Source: Candidatus Babeliales bacterium
Lineage (GTDB): Bacteria > Babelota > Babeliae > Babelales > JACPOV01
Reading direction: 5' to 3'
Assembly (NCBI GenBank): GCA_040879965.1
Contig: JBBDJI010000013.1
Coordinates: 367,160 to 431,159, forward strand
DNA length: 64,000 bases
Shown: positions 1 to 9,901 of the stretch, piece by piece
How the letters are laid out: every line of letters begins with the position of its first letter
Numbering within the stretch: position 1 is the first letter of the stretch
Made by a program: the position numbers and the translations under genes
The notes under the pieces: model-generated
The model's database searches: none
What the model was told of the DNA's origin: nothing
Seen by the model: only the letters and a program-made list of their open reading frames with translations

Positions 1-1
1 T

Positions 2-538
2 ATCCAAAATAGTGAAAATAACCGCTTATTAACTGTGATTGATATTATCGCTCAACACGCAAGCCATTTAATTAATTATATTGCAAAACAAGAAGACAAA
101 TCGATTAATCAACTACTCAATAAATCTATAGCTTTATTTAAACCTACGCAGTCAAGCATCGCGATGACAGGTGGTACTTATCAAGCATTAATTGATAATT
201 CTTATCCTTTTGATGATTCTACAAAAACCGAAGTACAAAAAATTACTTTAGCACAAAGCCTTGCGCAAACAACACTTATTGAAAATGTACAGAAATTATT
301 GACCGTTGTTGATTCAGTGAGTACCGTTATGCAGCAAATGCAGGAATTTGGCTCTTTAATTTTTTATATTTATTACAAAACAATCTATGATGGCATGCAA
401 GAACGTGCTATTGATATTGAATATTTTGTACCACTTTTTGAAGACAATTGTGTAGTAGCTTTGGATCCAACAACCAAAATACTCAAAGATCCTTTTACTG
501 ATAATAATCTCCCATTTTTTGAACGGTCTGAACGATAA
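2..538 (+). CDS. hypothetical protein, N-terminus outside the window
   Basis: The reading frame is open from nt 2 to the stop at 536-538. The track ORF starts at an internal GTG (35). No recognisable motif. Confidence 0.4.
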   Translation: MQNSENNRLLTVIDIIAQHASHLINYIAKQEDKSINQLLNKSIALFKPTQSSIAMTGGTYQALIDNSYPFDDSTKTEVQKITLAQSLAQTTLIENVQKLLTVVDSVSTVMQQMQEFGSLIFYIYYKTIYDGMQERAIDIEYFVPLFEDNCVVALDPTTKILKDPFTDNNLPFFERSER

Positions 539-544
539 AAAATA

Positions 545-1378
545 ATGACGAAAGATATAATCAAAGCATCAGGAGAAAAGGAACCATTCAGCATTGAAAA
601 ATTTAACCGATCTTTGCGTAAAGTTGGTGCATCAGAAAACACTATCATTAAGCTTGCCGAACAAATACAACAAAGACCTGATCTAAAAACAACACAAGAA
701 ATTTATCGATTTGCTTTGAATGCATTAAAAAAAGAAAAAAGTGGCATTGCCGCGCGCTACAATTTAAAAAAAGGACTTTATGATTTTGGGCCTACCGGAT
801 TTCCTTTTGAACAATTTGTAGGCGAATTATTTAAGCATGAAGGATTTGCCGTAACCGTTAATCTTTTTATGGCTGGTTTTTGCGTTGAGCATGAAATTGA
901 TATCATTGCCAAAAAAAACAATCATCATCAGATATTTGAATCTAAATTCCATAACCGACAAGGATTAAAAACTGATGTTAAAGTGGTTCTTTATGTACAA
1001 GCACGCTTTGAAGATGTAAAGAAAAAGTGGGACCAAGATATAAAAAATAATGAAAAATCGCTCAAAGGAGGATTGGTTACAAACACAAAATTTACTACTG
1101 AAGCAATAACTTATGGTGTATGCGTGGATTTGGATTTGTTAAGCTGGTCTTTTCCGGCTGATAATAATTTAGCTCAAAGAATTGATAGGGCAGGATTGTA
1201 TCCTATCACTTGCCTTACCACATTGAATATGCACCAAAAAAAAGAATTGATAAAAAATAACTTAGTATTGTGTAAAGACGTTTATCGTAAAAAAGAAGCA
1301 CTTAAGCAGCTCAATTTGAATCCGCAAGCATTAAATAAAGTTCTTCAAGAAGCTGAGAATGTATGCAAGGGAATTTAA
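545..1378 (+). CDS. ATP-cone domain protein fused to a PD-(D/E)xK (Mrr/restriction-endonuclease-like) domain
   Basis: The N-terminus 'IKASGEKEPFSIEKFNRSLRKVGASENTI...EIYRFALNAL' resembles an ATP-cone. The central 'VEHEIDIIAKK...QIFESKFH' fits a D...E-x-K nuclease core. Confidence 0.6.
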   Translation: MTKDIIKASGEKEPFSIEKFNRSLRKVGASENTIIKLAEQIQQRPDLKTTQEIYRFALNALKKEKSGIAARYNLKKGLYDFGPTGFPFEQFVGELFKHEGFAVTVNLFMAGFCVEHEIDIIAKKNNHHQIFESKFHNRQGLKTDVKVVLYVQARFEDVKKKWDQDIKNNEKSLKGGLVTNTKFTTEAITYGVCVDLDLLSWSFPADNNLAQRIDRAGLYPITCLTTLNMHQKKELIKNNLVLCKDVYRKKEALKQLNLNPQALNKVLQEAENVCKGI

Positions 1379-1388
1379 GCCTTATGGA

Positions 1389-1826
1389 TTACTTTAATAC
1401 GGCTATATACGTATTGGGCTTCCATAATTGAATCCCACTTCTCACATCCCCTGGTATATGTATTGCGCCCTTTTTAATTTCCCATTTATGATCAGCACAC
1501 GTAATAAAATCACCACCATAAAGCCGAAAATATTTTTTCCTTTTTTTATCGTATTTTGCAAAACGAGCAACTCTAAAATCTTTCACTTCAGGAACGAACA
1601 CTAATATAGTTCGTATACAAACGCCGGCATACCATCCTTTAGTGGTAAATTTCTCTGTTTTTCCTGGTTTTATACCACTATGCTGGACTTTATGCCCAAA
1701 AGTATATTTTATACGAACGGTTACATCTTTTTTTAAACCATTTGTAACAGTCTGCGTATACCCAAAAAGATTATGTTCGATGCATAATATTACAAACATC
1801 AAGAAGAAAATATATTTGAATTTCAA
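1389..1826 (-). CDS. small secreted protein, distant member of the MKFK-leader family also found at 46705-47647
   Basis: Signal peptide 'MKFKYIFFLMFVILCIEHNLFGY'. The 'MKFK...L(F/L)GY' leader and size are shared with the two tandem genes at 46705 and 47258. Confidence 0.55.
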   Translation of the reverse strand: MKFKYIFFLMFVILCIEHNLFGYTQTVTNGLKKDVTVRIKYTFGHKVQHSGIKPGKTEKFTTKGWYAGVCIRTILVFVPEVKDFRVARFAKYDKKRKKYFRLYGGDFITCADHKWEIKKGAIHIPGDVRSGIQLWKPNTYIAVLK

Positions 1827-2015
1827 AAGTTTCTCCGTTTTAAGTTCATATTTTTCAGCATTCTTTTTATTTAGTTTAGTGAAATTTGACCTAATTTTTC
1901 AATGTTTTACAAAAATTGCATTTTATATTCATAAATTTTCAGTAATTTTTCTCGCTCTTTGCATAAATCTTGACTATAGTTTGATTGAAATATAAAACCT
2001 AAAAAAAATAATACT

Positions 2016-3119
2016 ATGTTTATTGCAAGCCAGCGTTATTTTAGATATTTCGATTGGATAAGTTTTTGCCTAAGCATAACATTATCTGTATGCGGACTTA
2101 TTTTTGTTTTTAGTGCTACTTATACTGAACATTATCCCTATTCAATTTTTTTTAAAAAACAAGCACTTGGCATTATTTCAGGTATTTTTATTTATCTTTT
2201 ATTCACCACAATCGATTACAGACTTCTTTCGCGATTTGGTTATTTTGTGTTTTGGGCCATAGGTGGTCTTTTAATTTTTACTTTAATTAAAGGATCAATA
2301 GGCATGGGTGCGCAACGTTGGATAAATGTATTATTATTTAAATTTCAACCATCTGAACTGGCCAAACTTTTTTTTCCTGGATTTATCACTTATTATTTGT
2401 ATACCAACCATGATAATTCTCAACAATGGTACGATTTTTTACCATTATTCAGCATATTAATGATAACGGTAGTACTTATTATTAAACAGCCCGATTTAGG
2501 TACCGGATTAATTATTTTATTTTCTGGATTAATTTTGCTTTGGTTTGCTGGATTATCTAGCAGATTTTTTATATTATTTTTTGGATGTTTTATCCTTACT
2601 GCACCGCTATTTTGGCATATACTCAAACCATATCAAAAAAATAGAATTACGGTATTTTTAGGTGCTGGTCAATCAAATAAGGAGCGCTATCAATTGGAAC
2701 AATCAAAAATTGCTATTGGCTCTGGAGGTTTATTTGGCAAAGGATTAACACAAGGCACACAAAACCGATTAATGTTTTTGCCGGAAGGAAGAACTGATTT
2801 TATTTTTGCAATATTGTGTGAAGAATGGGGATTTGCCGGTGCATTTATTATTTTGCTTTTATATGGATTATTATGCTTTAGATTAATATTTATTGCATAT
2901 ATTGTTACTAATTTTTATGCACAATTGCTAATTTGTGGCTTAATGATTCATATTATATTATCAGCATTGATTAACATTGGCATGGTTACTGGGCTTTTAC
3001 CAATTGTCGGTATCCCATTGCCATTAATGAGTTATGGTGTTAGTAATTTATGGATTACCTTCGCAAGTCTTGGCTGGATAAATGGTATTCAAATACGACA
3101 ATTTTATATTGGTGAATAA
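2016..3119 (+). CDS. rodA: SEDS-family peptidoglycan glycosyltransferase (RodA/FtsW/SpoVE)
   Basis: Polytopic membrane protein with the blocks 'GAQRWINVLLFKFQPSELAKL', 'QPDLGTGLII', 'QSKIAIGSGGLFGKG' and 'LPEGRTDFIFAILCEEWGFAGA'. The 367-aa length fits RodA better than FtsW. Confidence 0.8.
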   Translation: MFIASQRYFRYFDWISFCLSITLSVCGLIFVFSATYTEHYPYSIFFKKQALGIISGIFIYLLFTTIDYRLLSRFGYFVFWAIGGLLIFTLIKGSIGMGAQRWINVLLFKFQPSELAKLFFPGFITYYLYTNHDNSQQWYDFLPLFSILMITVVLIIKQPDLGTGLIILFSGLILLWFAGLSSRFFILFFGCFILTAPLFWHILKPYQKNRITVFLGAGQSNKERYQLEQSKIAIGSGGLFGKGLTQGTQNRLMFLPEGRTDFIFAILCEEWGFAGAFIILLLYGLLCFRLIFIAYIVTNFYAQLLICGLMIHIILSALINIGMVTGLLPIVGIPLPLMSYGVSNLWITFASLGWINGIQIRQFYIGE

Positions 3120-3133
3120 AAAAAGGAGAATAA

Positions 3134-4204
3134 ATGAAAAAAATTAAAATGCTTTCAACGCTATTCTTTTTGACTCTTTGTTTACATGGAATGGAAAATC
3201 AAGAGATAGTTTCATCGCTCTCTTGCGATCAATCATCCTATAAAAAACCTATCATTAAAGGCAAAAAAATTCAGATTGCTTCAGAAAAAAAATATCTTCC
3301 AGTTTATTTTAAACAACAAAAAACATCTCTTACCTCATTAACTGAATCATTAGATGAAAAAATTATTAATGCCGATATTTCTGATGCTAAAAAATTATTA
3401 TATTATAGCTTAAAATTGCCAATTGATCTTGGCTCATTGGCTCAGGAATATTTATCATACACATTAAATAGACAACAATTTTCGCTTTTTTACAAAAAAA
3501 ATGATTCATCAAATTTAGATGAAAGTTATCTTGATTCTTTAATCTTATTGAATAAAAGTGCAATCGATGCACTATGCCAATGGCGCAAACAAAAAAAGAA
3601 TAAAGTTTTTTTACCCATCAACCAACATAACTATCTCATGATTCCAACGCAGAACAAAATCACCTGCCTTTCGCTGGATAATCATACTGATCAGACGATT
3701 ATTAACGATAAACTTGATACTAATTTTACTAATGTAGATCTTAATCATTTTAAAAATATTGTAATGGTTCAATTATCAGATCGTTTACATATCTATACTT
3801 TTGGTAAAAACCAAGCACTGGATAAAATACGTATTCAAGCCTCTGAAAATAGTGTTATTGAACATGCAAAATTTTTAGATGAAGAACGAATCGTAATCAT
3901 CAGGAAAAAAAATGATGATACATATCTCGATATAATTCTCTTTGATAAAGAAGCATTCAAAATAGAAAAAACATTTGATTTAAAAAAAGAATTGCTTACA
4001 CAAAAATCAGTAAAAAGGGGAATTATTCCACCATGTAAACTCGAATCATTTAATGCTAACGATGTGCTCATAACGTTTCACGAAAAAATAGATGATACAA
4101 CTTCGGTTCTGCTTAATCTTACTGATGGAACAATTGGGTATTATGGTGATACGCCGAAAATCAAAATAGATTATTACACGGATTCAGAGTATAGAATTTT
4201 ATAG
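3134..4204 (+). CDS. hypothetical secreted protein
   Basis: Good SD ('aaggaga') upstream. Signal peptide 'MKKIKMLSTLFFLTLCLHG' is followed by 'ME'. No known domain recognised. Confidence 0.6.
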   Translation: MKKIKMLSTLFFLTLCLHGMENQEIVSSLSCDQSSYKKPIIKGKKIQIASEKKYLPVYFKQQKTSLTSLTESLDEKIINADISDAKKLLYYSLKLPIDLGSLAQEYLSYTLNRQQFSLFYKKNDSSNLDESYLDSLILLNKSAIDALCQWRKQKKNKVFLPINQHNYLMIPTQNKITCLSLDNHTDQTIINDKLDTNFTNVDLNHFKNIVMVQLSDRLHIYTFGKNQALDKIRIQASENSVIEHAKFLDEERIVIIRKKNDDTYLDIILFDKEAFKIEKTFDLKKELLTQKSVKRGIIPPCKLESFNANDVLITFHEKIDDTTSVLLNLTDGTIGYYGDTPKIKIDYYTDSEYRIL

Positions 4205-6088
4205 TTCTTCGGCTAACCCGGACCATTCTTGTTCAAGTTGACTTAGTTCACTCTGAACAGCCTCTAATTGGTACATAATTTTATTGTACTGAGGAGTACC
4301 ATATTCAAAATTAGCCATTTTTTCACCAAGTTTATTACGCTCTTGCTCTAATTTGATAATTTTCGCTTCAATCGAACGAGTTTTTTTACTAAGCTCATGA
4401 CGCTTCTGATCTGTTTTCGGAACATCCGATTCTTCATTCTGAGCATTTTGATTTTGGCTATAATTTTTTTTATTATTTCCATCTAATTGTACTTTTTTTG
4501 CATAGCAATATGTTTCATAATTACCTTCATAAGCAGATAAACCATTTGGCGTCAATTCTAAAATAACATTTGCCACTTGCTCGATAAAATCACGATCATG
4601 ACTTACCAAAAGCATAGTACCTTGATATTGTTGCAATGCCTGCAACATTACTTCTTTGGCATATAAATCTAAATGATTGGTTGGTTCATCTAATAAAAGA
4701 AAATTAGCATCTTGTAACAAAACAATCACCATTGCTACCCGATTTTTTTCACCACCGCTTAAAAACTGTATTTTTTTCTTAACGTCATCGCCAGAAAATA
4801 AAAACGATCCTAAAAATGAGCGTACTTTTGTTTCAGGAATTGTTGGACATTCATCCATTACTGTTTGCAAAACTGTTTTTTTAGGATTAAGCACTGCCGT
4901 TTGATCTTGCTGGAAATATGCAGAAGAAACATTATACCCAACTTCTATAGAGCCAGATTGTAACGGATATTTGCCTGTAATTAAATTAAATAATGTCGTT
5001 TTACCTACCCCATTTGGTGCAATTAACGCAACTTTTTGACCACGCTTAATTTCTGCTGATGCATTACTAAATAATTTGTTTTCACCAAAAGCATGTCCAA
5101 CATTATCAACAGTCAATACTATCTGACCAGCACGGACTACCGGTGGGAACGAAAAATTTACTGAAGGCATTGTGGGCTCAATTTCTATGACATCCATCTT
5201 TTCCAATTGTTTCATCATACTCTTGGCCATAGCTGCTTTTGTTGCTTTGGCACGAAATCGAGCAATAGTATCTTTCTTGCGTGCAATTTCTTTTTGTTGT
5301 TGATGATACGCAGTGTGCAATCGGCTTTGTTGTTCTTCTTTTTGCCGTACATAATCAGAAAAATTACCATCAAAAAGATGTCCATTCCCTCGTTCTAATT
5401 CAAGAATTTTTTCGCATGCTTGATCTAAAAAATATTTATCATGAGAAACAAGTAAATAACCAAATGAAGCTTCATTTAAAAATGACACAAACCATTCTTT
5501 AGTTGGTAAATCTAAATGGTTCGTTGGCTCATCAAATAAATAAAAATCGGCATTTTGTAGCAATAATTTTGCAAGCACCACACGCATTCGCCAACCAACA
5601 CTCAACTGAGATACCGGCTTTTTGAAGTTTTCTTCAGAAAATCCCAGTCCTTTTAATACTTCTTGCGTTTTGGTTTGTGCTGCGGCTGCATCAAAAAGTT
5701 GAATTTGCTCTTGCAACTCAGCATAACGATTTACTGCTGTTTCAGCTTTTTTGGCATCTAATTTTTGTTCAAGCAATACTTCAAGTGCGGTAATTTCATC
5801 ACGAATAGCTACAAATTCATCAAAAGCAGAAAATGCTTCATCAAATACGGAGTTTTCAGATTGCAACACTACTTCTTGCGGCAAATAACCCAATTTCTTC
5901 TTTTTATCAACAACAATCCGCCCTTCATCAAGCAGTTGTTGATCTGCAATAGCTTTTAAAAGCGTTGATTTGCCGGCGCCATTACGGCCCACCAAACCTA
6001 TTTTTTGATCAAACGAAATAGTAAGATTAATATTATCAAACAGTTTTCGCTCTAAAAAATGTAATGAGATATTTTTTAAAATCAGCAT
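4199..6088 (-). CDS. ABC-F family ATPase (two ABC cassettes, no membrane domain)
   Basis: Two Walker A sites ('GRNGAGKST', 'APNGVGKTT') and two ABC signatures ('LSVGWRMR', 'LSGGEKNR'). There is an inter-cassette linker and a C-terminal coiled-coil tail. Confidence 0.85.
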   Translation of the reverse strand: MLILKNISLHFLERKLFDNINLTISFDQKIGLVGRNGAGKSTLLKAIADQQLLDEGRIVVDKKKKLGYLPQEVVLQSENSVFDEAFSAFDEFVAIRDEITALEVLLEQKLDAKKAETAVNRYAELQEQIQLFDAAAAQTKTQEVLKGLGFSEENFKKPVSQLSVGWRMRVVLAKLLLQNADFYLFDEPTNHLDLPTKEWFVSFLNEASFGYLLVSHDKYFLDQACEKILELERGNGHLFDGNFSDYVRQKEEQQSRLHTAYHQQQKEIARKKDTIARFRAKATKAAMAKSMMKQLEKMDVIEIEPTMPSVNFSFPPVVRAGQIVLTVDNVGHAFGENKLFSNASAEIKRGQKVALIAPNGVGKTTLFNLITGKYPLQSGSIEVGYNVSSAYFQQDQTAVLNPKKTVLQTVMDECPTIPETKVRSFLGSFLFSGDDVKKKIQFLSGGEKNRVAMVIVLLQDANFLLLDEPTNHLDLYAKEVMLQALQQYQGTMLLVSHDRDFIEQVANVILELTPNGLSAYEGNYETYCYAKKVQLDGNNKKNYSQNQNAQNEESDVPKTDQKRHELSKKTRSIEAKIIKLEQERNKLGEKMANFEYGTPQYNKIMYQLEAVQSELSQLEQEWSGLAEEL

Positions 6089-6251
6089 ATTTGTATCAAA
6101 TAGAATAAAAATTTAAACATTGCCTTCAGAGTAGCATAAATCCAATAAAAATATAAGCCCGCCTGTAAAAGTACATCCGTTATTCAGATAATCCCCCCTT
6201 TTGACTGTAGAAAGCGAATGGGTTATTCTTATTAGAAATAAGATCGATTAG

Positions 6252-6344
6252 ATGATTCTTGGCACTCCTCTAATTCTCGGCGCTAGCATCACTTTATTGG
6301 CTCAATATTCAAAAAATTATATTATATCTTGGTTTAGCAGATAA
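6252..6344 (+). pseudogene. remnant of the 3' end of a paralogue of the downstream gene 6369-6971
   Basis: The 30-codon ORF 'MILGTPLILGASITLLAQYSKNYIISWFSR*' parallels the C-terminus 'LKGIVLSLAFQYSKNYVMSWFKK*' of the next gene. DNA identity is obvious over 'caatattcaaaaaatta..ttat.tcttggttta'. Confidence 0.55.
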
Positions 6345-6368
6345 ATTATTTAACTAGGAAAATAAATT

Positions 6369-6971
6369 ATGAAAAAAACGCTCTTTTTATTATTCTTTAC
6401 TTCTATAGCAATTCATCAAACATATGGTATGCAATTTTCACTAGAAGATAGATTTCCTAAAGGAACAGCAAGTCAATCTTTTTTTACAAGATATGATGAA
6501 AACGCAAAACAGGAACTAAAAAAAATAATTGAAAAAAATATTTTTTATATAAACAATGAATTCTCTCCAGGAAGAAAAACGCTAAATACTGAAAACATAA
6601 AATCTATTGCTGAAACATTTCCTAAGGAACAGAAGGCAAATCTGGTACTAGCAAAATTTCTAATTTTTCTACCTGATCCAGAAAGTATTTCAGGCAATAG
6701 TATTCTAAAAGCACGCCAAAAAGCCATTAAGAAGTTTGCAGATACTTGCGATTTACAAGAAACTATAGACTTTACTACTGTTTTTGCAACCAAACTCACA
6801 AATGAAGTAAATCATTCAGAAAATAGATCGCATTTTCGCAAATTCTTTAAAGAAAAAGCAGCTCAATTAAAAAGCCGTGGAGACAGAATTAAAAAGTTCT
6901 TGAAGGGGATTGTGCTGTCGCTTGCATTCCAATATTCAAAAAATTACGTTATGTCTTGGTTTAAGAAATAA
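6369..6971 (+). CDS. hypothetical secreted protein with a C-terminal hydrophobic tail
   Basis: Signal peptide 'MKKTLFLLFFTSIAIHQTYG' followed by 'MQ'. C-terminal segment 'GIVLSLAFQYSKNYVMSWFKK'. Confidence 0.6.
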   Translation: MKKTLFLLFFTSIAIHQTYGMQFSLEDRFPKGTASQSFFTRYDENAKQELKKIIEKNIFYINNEFSPGRKTLNTENIKSIAETFPKEQKANLVLAKFLIFLPDPESISGNSILKARQKAIKKFADTCDLQETIDFTTVFATKLTNEVNHSENRSHFRKFFKEKAAQLKSRGDRIKKFLKGIVLSLAFQYSKNYVMSWFKK

Positions 6972-6992
6972 TAGAAGCTAAACAAATAAAAT

Positions 6993-7024
6993 AAGCCTGC
7001 CATCGTGCAGGCCTTTTTTATTTT
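6993..7024 (+). terminator. rho-independent terminator
   Basis: Stem gcctgc (6995-7000) / gcaggc (7007-7012) with a 6-nt loop, followed by 'cttttttatttt'. Confidence 0.7.
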
Positions 7025-7086
7025 GCAAGATCATGACAATTGCCCTATTATTGACTAAGCTAAATGCTCAAAGATAATATGGGAAC

Positions 7087-8109
7087 ATGATGAATGAAAT
7101 GCAATCTATTGAATTACTTGCCAAGCAAGAAACGCCAGAAGAACGTACGCATGATTTTATTCCAAAAACGTTCGATGATTATTTAGGGCAAGCAGAACTT
7201 AAAAAGAAATTAGCTGTTTATACGCAAGCAGCAAAAATGCGTAAAGAACCGCTTGATCATTTATTACTCTTTGGCCCTCCAGGGCTTGGCAAAACTACGT
7301 TGGCACACATTATGGCAAACGTAATGGATGTGGGCATCAAAATGGCCAGTGGCCCGATGCTTGAACGCACCGGTGATCTGGTTGCTATTTTATCAAGTCT
7401 AGAACCACGTGATATTTTATTTATTGATGAAATTCATCGTACGCCAACCAATGTAGAAGAAGTATTATATAGTGCGATGGAACAATTCAGCGTTGACGTG
7501 ATTATCGGCCAAGGTGCTGGCGCTAAAACGATTACCCTTCCACTTCATCCATTTACCTTAATTGGTGCGACTACCAAAAGCGGCATGATTTCTGCCCCAT
7601 TACGAAGCCGATTTGGCATCACTGAACGGCTTGATTTTTACACCGATGAAGAATTGCGTGATATTGTTTTGCAAAGTGCACAATTTTTACAATTATCATT
7701 AGCATCTGACGGCGCCTTACGTATTGCAAAATGTGCGCGGGGCACGCCAAGAATTGCTAAAAAAATTACCCGTCGTGTGCGTGATTTTGCTCAAGTGCAA
7801 AACAAAAATATCATTGATAAACCGCTTGTTATTGAAGCACTTACTTTTTTGGGTATTGATGATGACGGCTTGAGCATTGTCGATAACATGTTGCTCCGCA
7901 AAATTATAGAACATTTTGATGGCGGACCGGTTGGCCTTGATACGCTCGCTTCATTAATCGGCGAAGATAAAGATACTATTGAAGCGGTATTTGAACCATT
8001 TTTAATGCGCAAGGGATTGCTTGAAAAAACTCCGCGAGGTCGACAAATTCCATTCAAAGCGTTATCCTATTTAAAAAATAAATATCTTGGGCAAAAAGCC
8101 CTTTTTTGA
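7087..8109 (+). CDS. ruvB: Holliday junction branch migration helicase RuvB
   Basis: Walker A 'LLFGPPGLGKTTLAHIMA', Walker B 'ILFIDEIHR' and the C-terminal block 'GTPRIAKKITRRVRDFA'. Confidence 0.95.
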   Translation: MMNEMQSIELLAKQETPEERTHDFIPKTFDDYLGQAELKKKLAVYTQAAKMRKEPLDHLLLFGPPGLGKTTLAHIMANVMDVGIKMASGPMLERTGDLVAILSSLEPRDILFIDEIHRTPTNVEEVLYSAMEQFSVDVIIGQGAGAKTITLPLHPFTLIGATTKSGMISAPLRSRFGITERLDFYTDEELRDIVLQSAQFLQLSLASDGALRIAKCARGTPRIAKKITRRVRDFAQVQNKNIIDKPLVIEALTFLGIDDDGLSIVDNMLLRKIIEHFDGGPVGLDTLASLIGEDKDTIEAVFEPFLMRKGLLEKTPRGRQIPFKALSYLKNKYLGQKALF

Positions 8110-8127
8110 TACTAGAAGGTTTTAACA

Positions 8128-8844
8128 ATGGCAGGCCATTCCAAATGGGCAAATATTAAACATAAAAAAGCCGCTATGGATGCAAAGCGCGGCAAAGCAT
8201 TTACACGAATAACTAAAGAAATTACGGTTGCTGCCCGCGTTGGTGGTGGTGATTTGGCAGCTAATCCACGCTTGCGTCAGTTAGTTGATAAAGCGCGTGC
8301 TGTTAACATGCCAATGGATAATGTTAATCGTGCTATTAAACGTGGAACTGGTGAATTACCAGGCGTGAATTATGAAGCACACTTATATGAAGGCTATGGT
8401 CCTTATGGGGTTGCGGTTATTGTGGAAGCATTAACTGATAATAAAAATCGTACGGTTGCTGATGTACGCCGTTTATTTTCTAGCTCAGGTGGGTCATTAG
8501 GCGAAGGTGGCTCAGTAAGCTGGATGTTTGAAAAGCTTGGCGTAGTACGCACGCAAAAAACAGATATATCTGAAGATCAACTCCTTGAAAAACTATTAGA
8601 TTTTGATGTAAGAGATATTTCACGCGATGAAGATACTTTTGTTATCACTTGTGAGCCAAAATCACTCGAACCAATTAAGCAAGAGCTGGAATCTGCTGGT
8701 ATTGTTATTGAAAATGCTGAATTAGAATGGGTTGCCAATAATCCGGCTAATTTAGATGATACACAAACTGAAAAAGCAATTGCATTTCTTGATGAATTAG
8801 AAGAACATGATGACGTACAAAATGTATATGCAAATTTAGCATAA
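8128..8844 (+). CDS. yebC: YebC/PmpR family DNA-binding regulator
   Basis: Family-defining N-terminus 'MAGHSKWANIKHKKAAMDAKRGK'. Length of 238 aa fits. Confidence 0.9.
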   Translation: MAGHSKWANIKHKKAAMDAKRGKAFTRITKEITVAARVGGGDLAANPRLRQLVDKARAVNMPMDNVNRAIKRGTGELPGVNYEAHLYEGYGPYGVAVIVEALTDNKNRTVADVRRLFSSSGGSLGEGGSVSWMFEKLGVVRTQKTDISEDQLLEKLLDFDVRDISRDEDTFVITCEPKSLEPIKQELESAGIVIENAELEWVANNPANLDDTQTEKAIAFLDELEEHDDVQNVYANLA

Positions 8845-8853
8845 GGAATAATA

Positions 8854-9747
8854 ATGGTAGTGAGTATGACCGGCTTTGCTTCATCCACTGCAGTGCTTAC
8901 TGCAAAAGATGGTTCTCAAACACAGCTTTCAATTACATTAAAATCTCTAAATTCACGATTTTTTGAAGCAAATTGCAAACTCCCTTATGCGCTCCATCAT
9001 CTAGAAACAGAATTTACTAAAATTTTTAAAGAAAACTTGCATCGTGGCTATATAGTTTTTTCCATTCAAGCTAGTAATCCTGCCATATTTAAAGGCCCCA
9101 TTCAAGTAGATTTATCGGCCGTCAAAGGATATCTTGATGCCGCACAACAGATAAAAAAATCTTATGAAGTATCTGGTTCTTTAGAAATCGCCAATCTGAT
9201 AATGCTACCGAATGTTTTTAGCATTGAAGAACAAACTATCGATGAACAAACAAAAAAATTTATTTTTAATGAAGTCAAACAAGTTCTTGATAAACTTATG
9301 CATGCACGCATAACTGAAGGCAAAGCATTGCAGGCTGATTTAGAAAACCGTATTGCCTCTATGAAGCAGCTTATGGATTCAATTGAAATTCTTGCAAATG
9401 AAATGATGGAACAACGAAAAAAAGAAATTATCGCCCGCTTGGCAGCACTTGATGAAGCATCTACTGAAGTTACCGAAGCACAACGTAGCGCGCTTTATTA
9501 TGAACTAGATAAAATTGATATTCATGAAGAAATCGTTCGTTTTAAAAATCATCTTGAAACATTCAAAAAGCATTTACTTTCTGATGAGCTTGAAAAAGGA
9601 CGGCGCCTTGATTTCATAGTACAAGAATTAGGCAGAGAAACGAACACCATTGCAGCCAAATGCAGTAATGCACAAATTAGCGCGCAAGCGATAAATATTA
9701 AAGTAGAACTTGAAAAAGCCCGCGAGCAAATTCAAAATATTGTGTAA
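8854..9747 (+). CDS. yicC: YicC family protein
   Basis: N-terminal 'MTGFA' and C-terminal block 'LDFIVQELGRETNTIAAKC'. About 290 aa, as in YicC-like proteins. Confidence 0.8.
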   Translation: MVVSMTGFASSTAVLTAKDGSQTQLSITLKSLNSRFFEANCKLPYALHHLETEFTKIFKENLHRGYIVFSIQASNPAIFKGPIQVDLSAVKGYLDAAQQIKKSYEVSGSLEIANLIMLPNVFSIEEQTIDEQTKKFIFNEVKQVLDKLMHARITEGKALQADLENRIASMKQLMDSIEILANEMMEQRKKEIIARLAALDEASTEVTEAQRSALYYELDKIDIHEEIVRFKNHLETFKKHLLSDELEKGRRLDFIVQELGRETNTIAAKCSNAQISAQAINIKVELEKAREQIQNIV

Positions 9748-9901
9748 TCATCCTACACGTTTCAAATTGAAAATATTTGCTTTGCTCAAATAATCCCTAA
9801 AATCCTTTCTATTTGATAGCCATTTTCATTTTTTGCATTTTTTATTTATAATGGGGTTATGGAGGCTCAATTCTATTGCCTTATATTTAAAGGATAAAAT
9901 A

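Noticed and set aside
385-648. Short ORFs antisense to or out of frame with larger genes, here and at many other places. Examples: 1642-1995, 2420-2626, 3387-3572, 3835-4071, 4677-4904, 5207-5502, 5765-5959, 6545-6799, 7717-8057, 8577-8888, 10426-10641, 13052-13324, 13653-13878, 17462-17719, 18374-18562, 22901-24168, 26126-26311, 28515-29313, 30944-31150, 31793-32047, 32693-34085, 36016-36432, 38280-38495, 41079-41676, 41869-42138, 42644-42835, 44321-44720, 47433-47669, 47806-48311, 50392-50577, 54857-55042, 55346-55609, 57992-58183.
   Set aside because: All lie inside longer ORFs with recognisable products or better coding features. Their translations are low-complexity (Phe/Ile/Lys/Asn/Ser-rich) shadow frames typical of AT-rich DNA.
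9833-9901. N-terminal extension of the 495-aa track ORF ('MHFLFIMGLWRLNSIALYLKDKI').
   Set aside because: It begins at a non-ATG codon without an SD. ATG 9902 has 'aaagga' upstream and yields a canonical signal peptide matching the paralogue at 11356.
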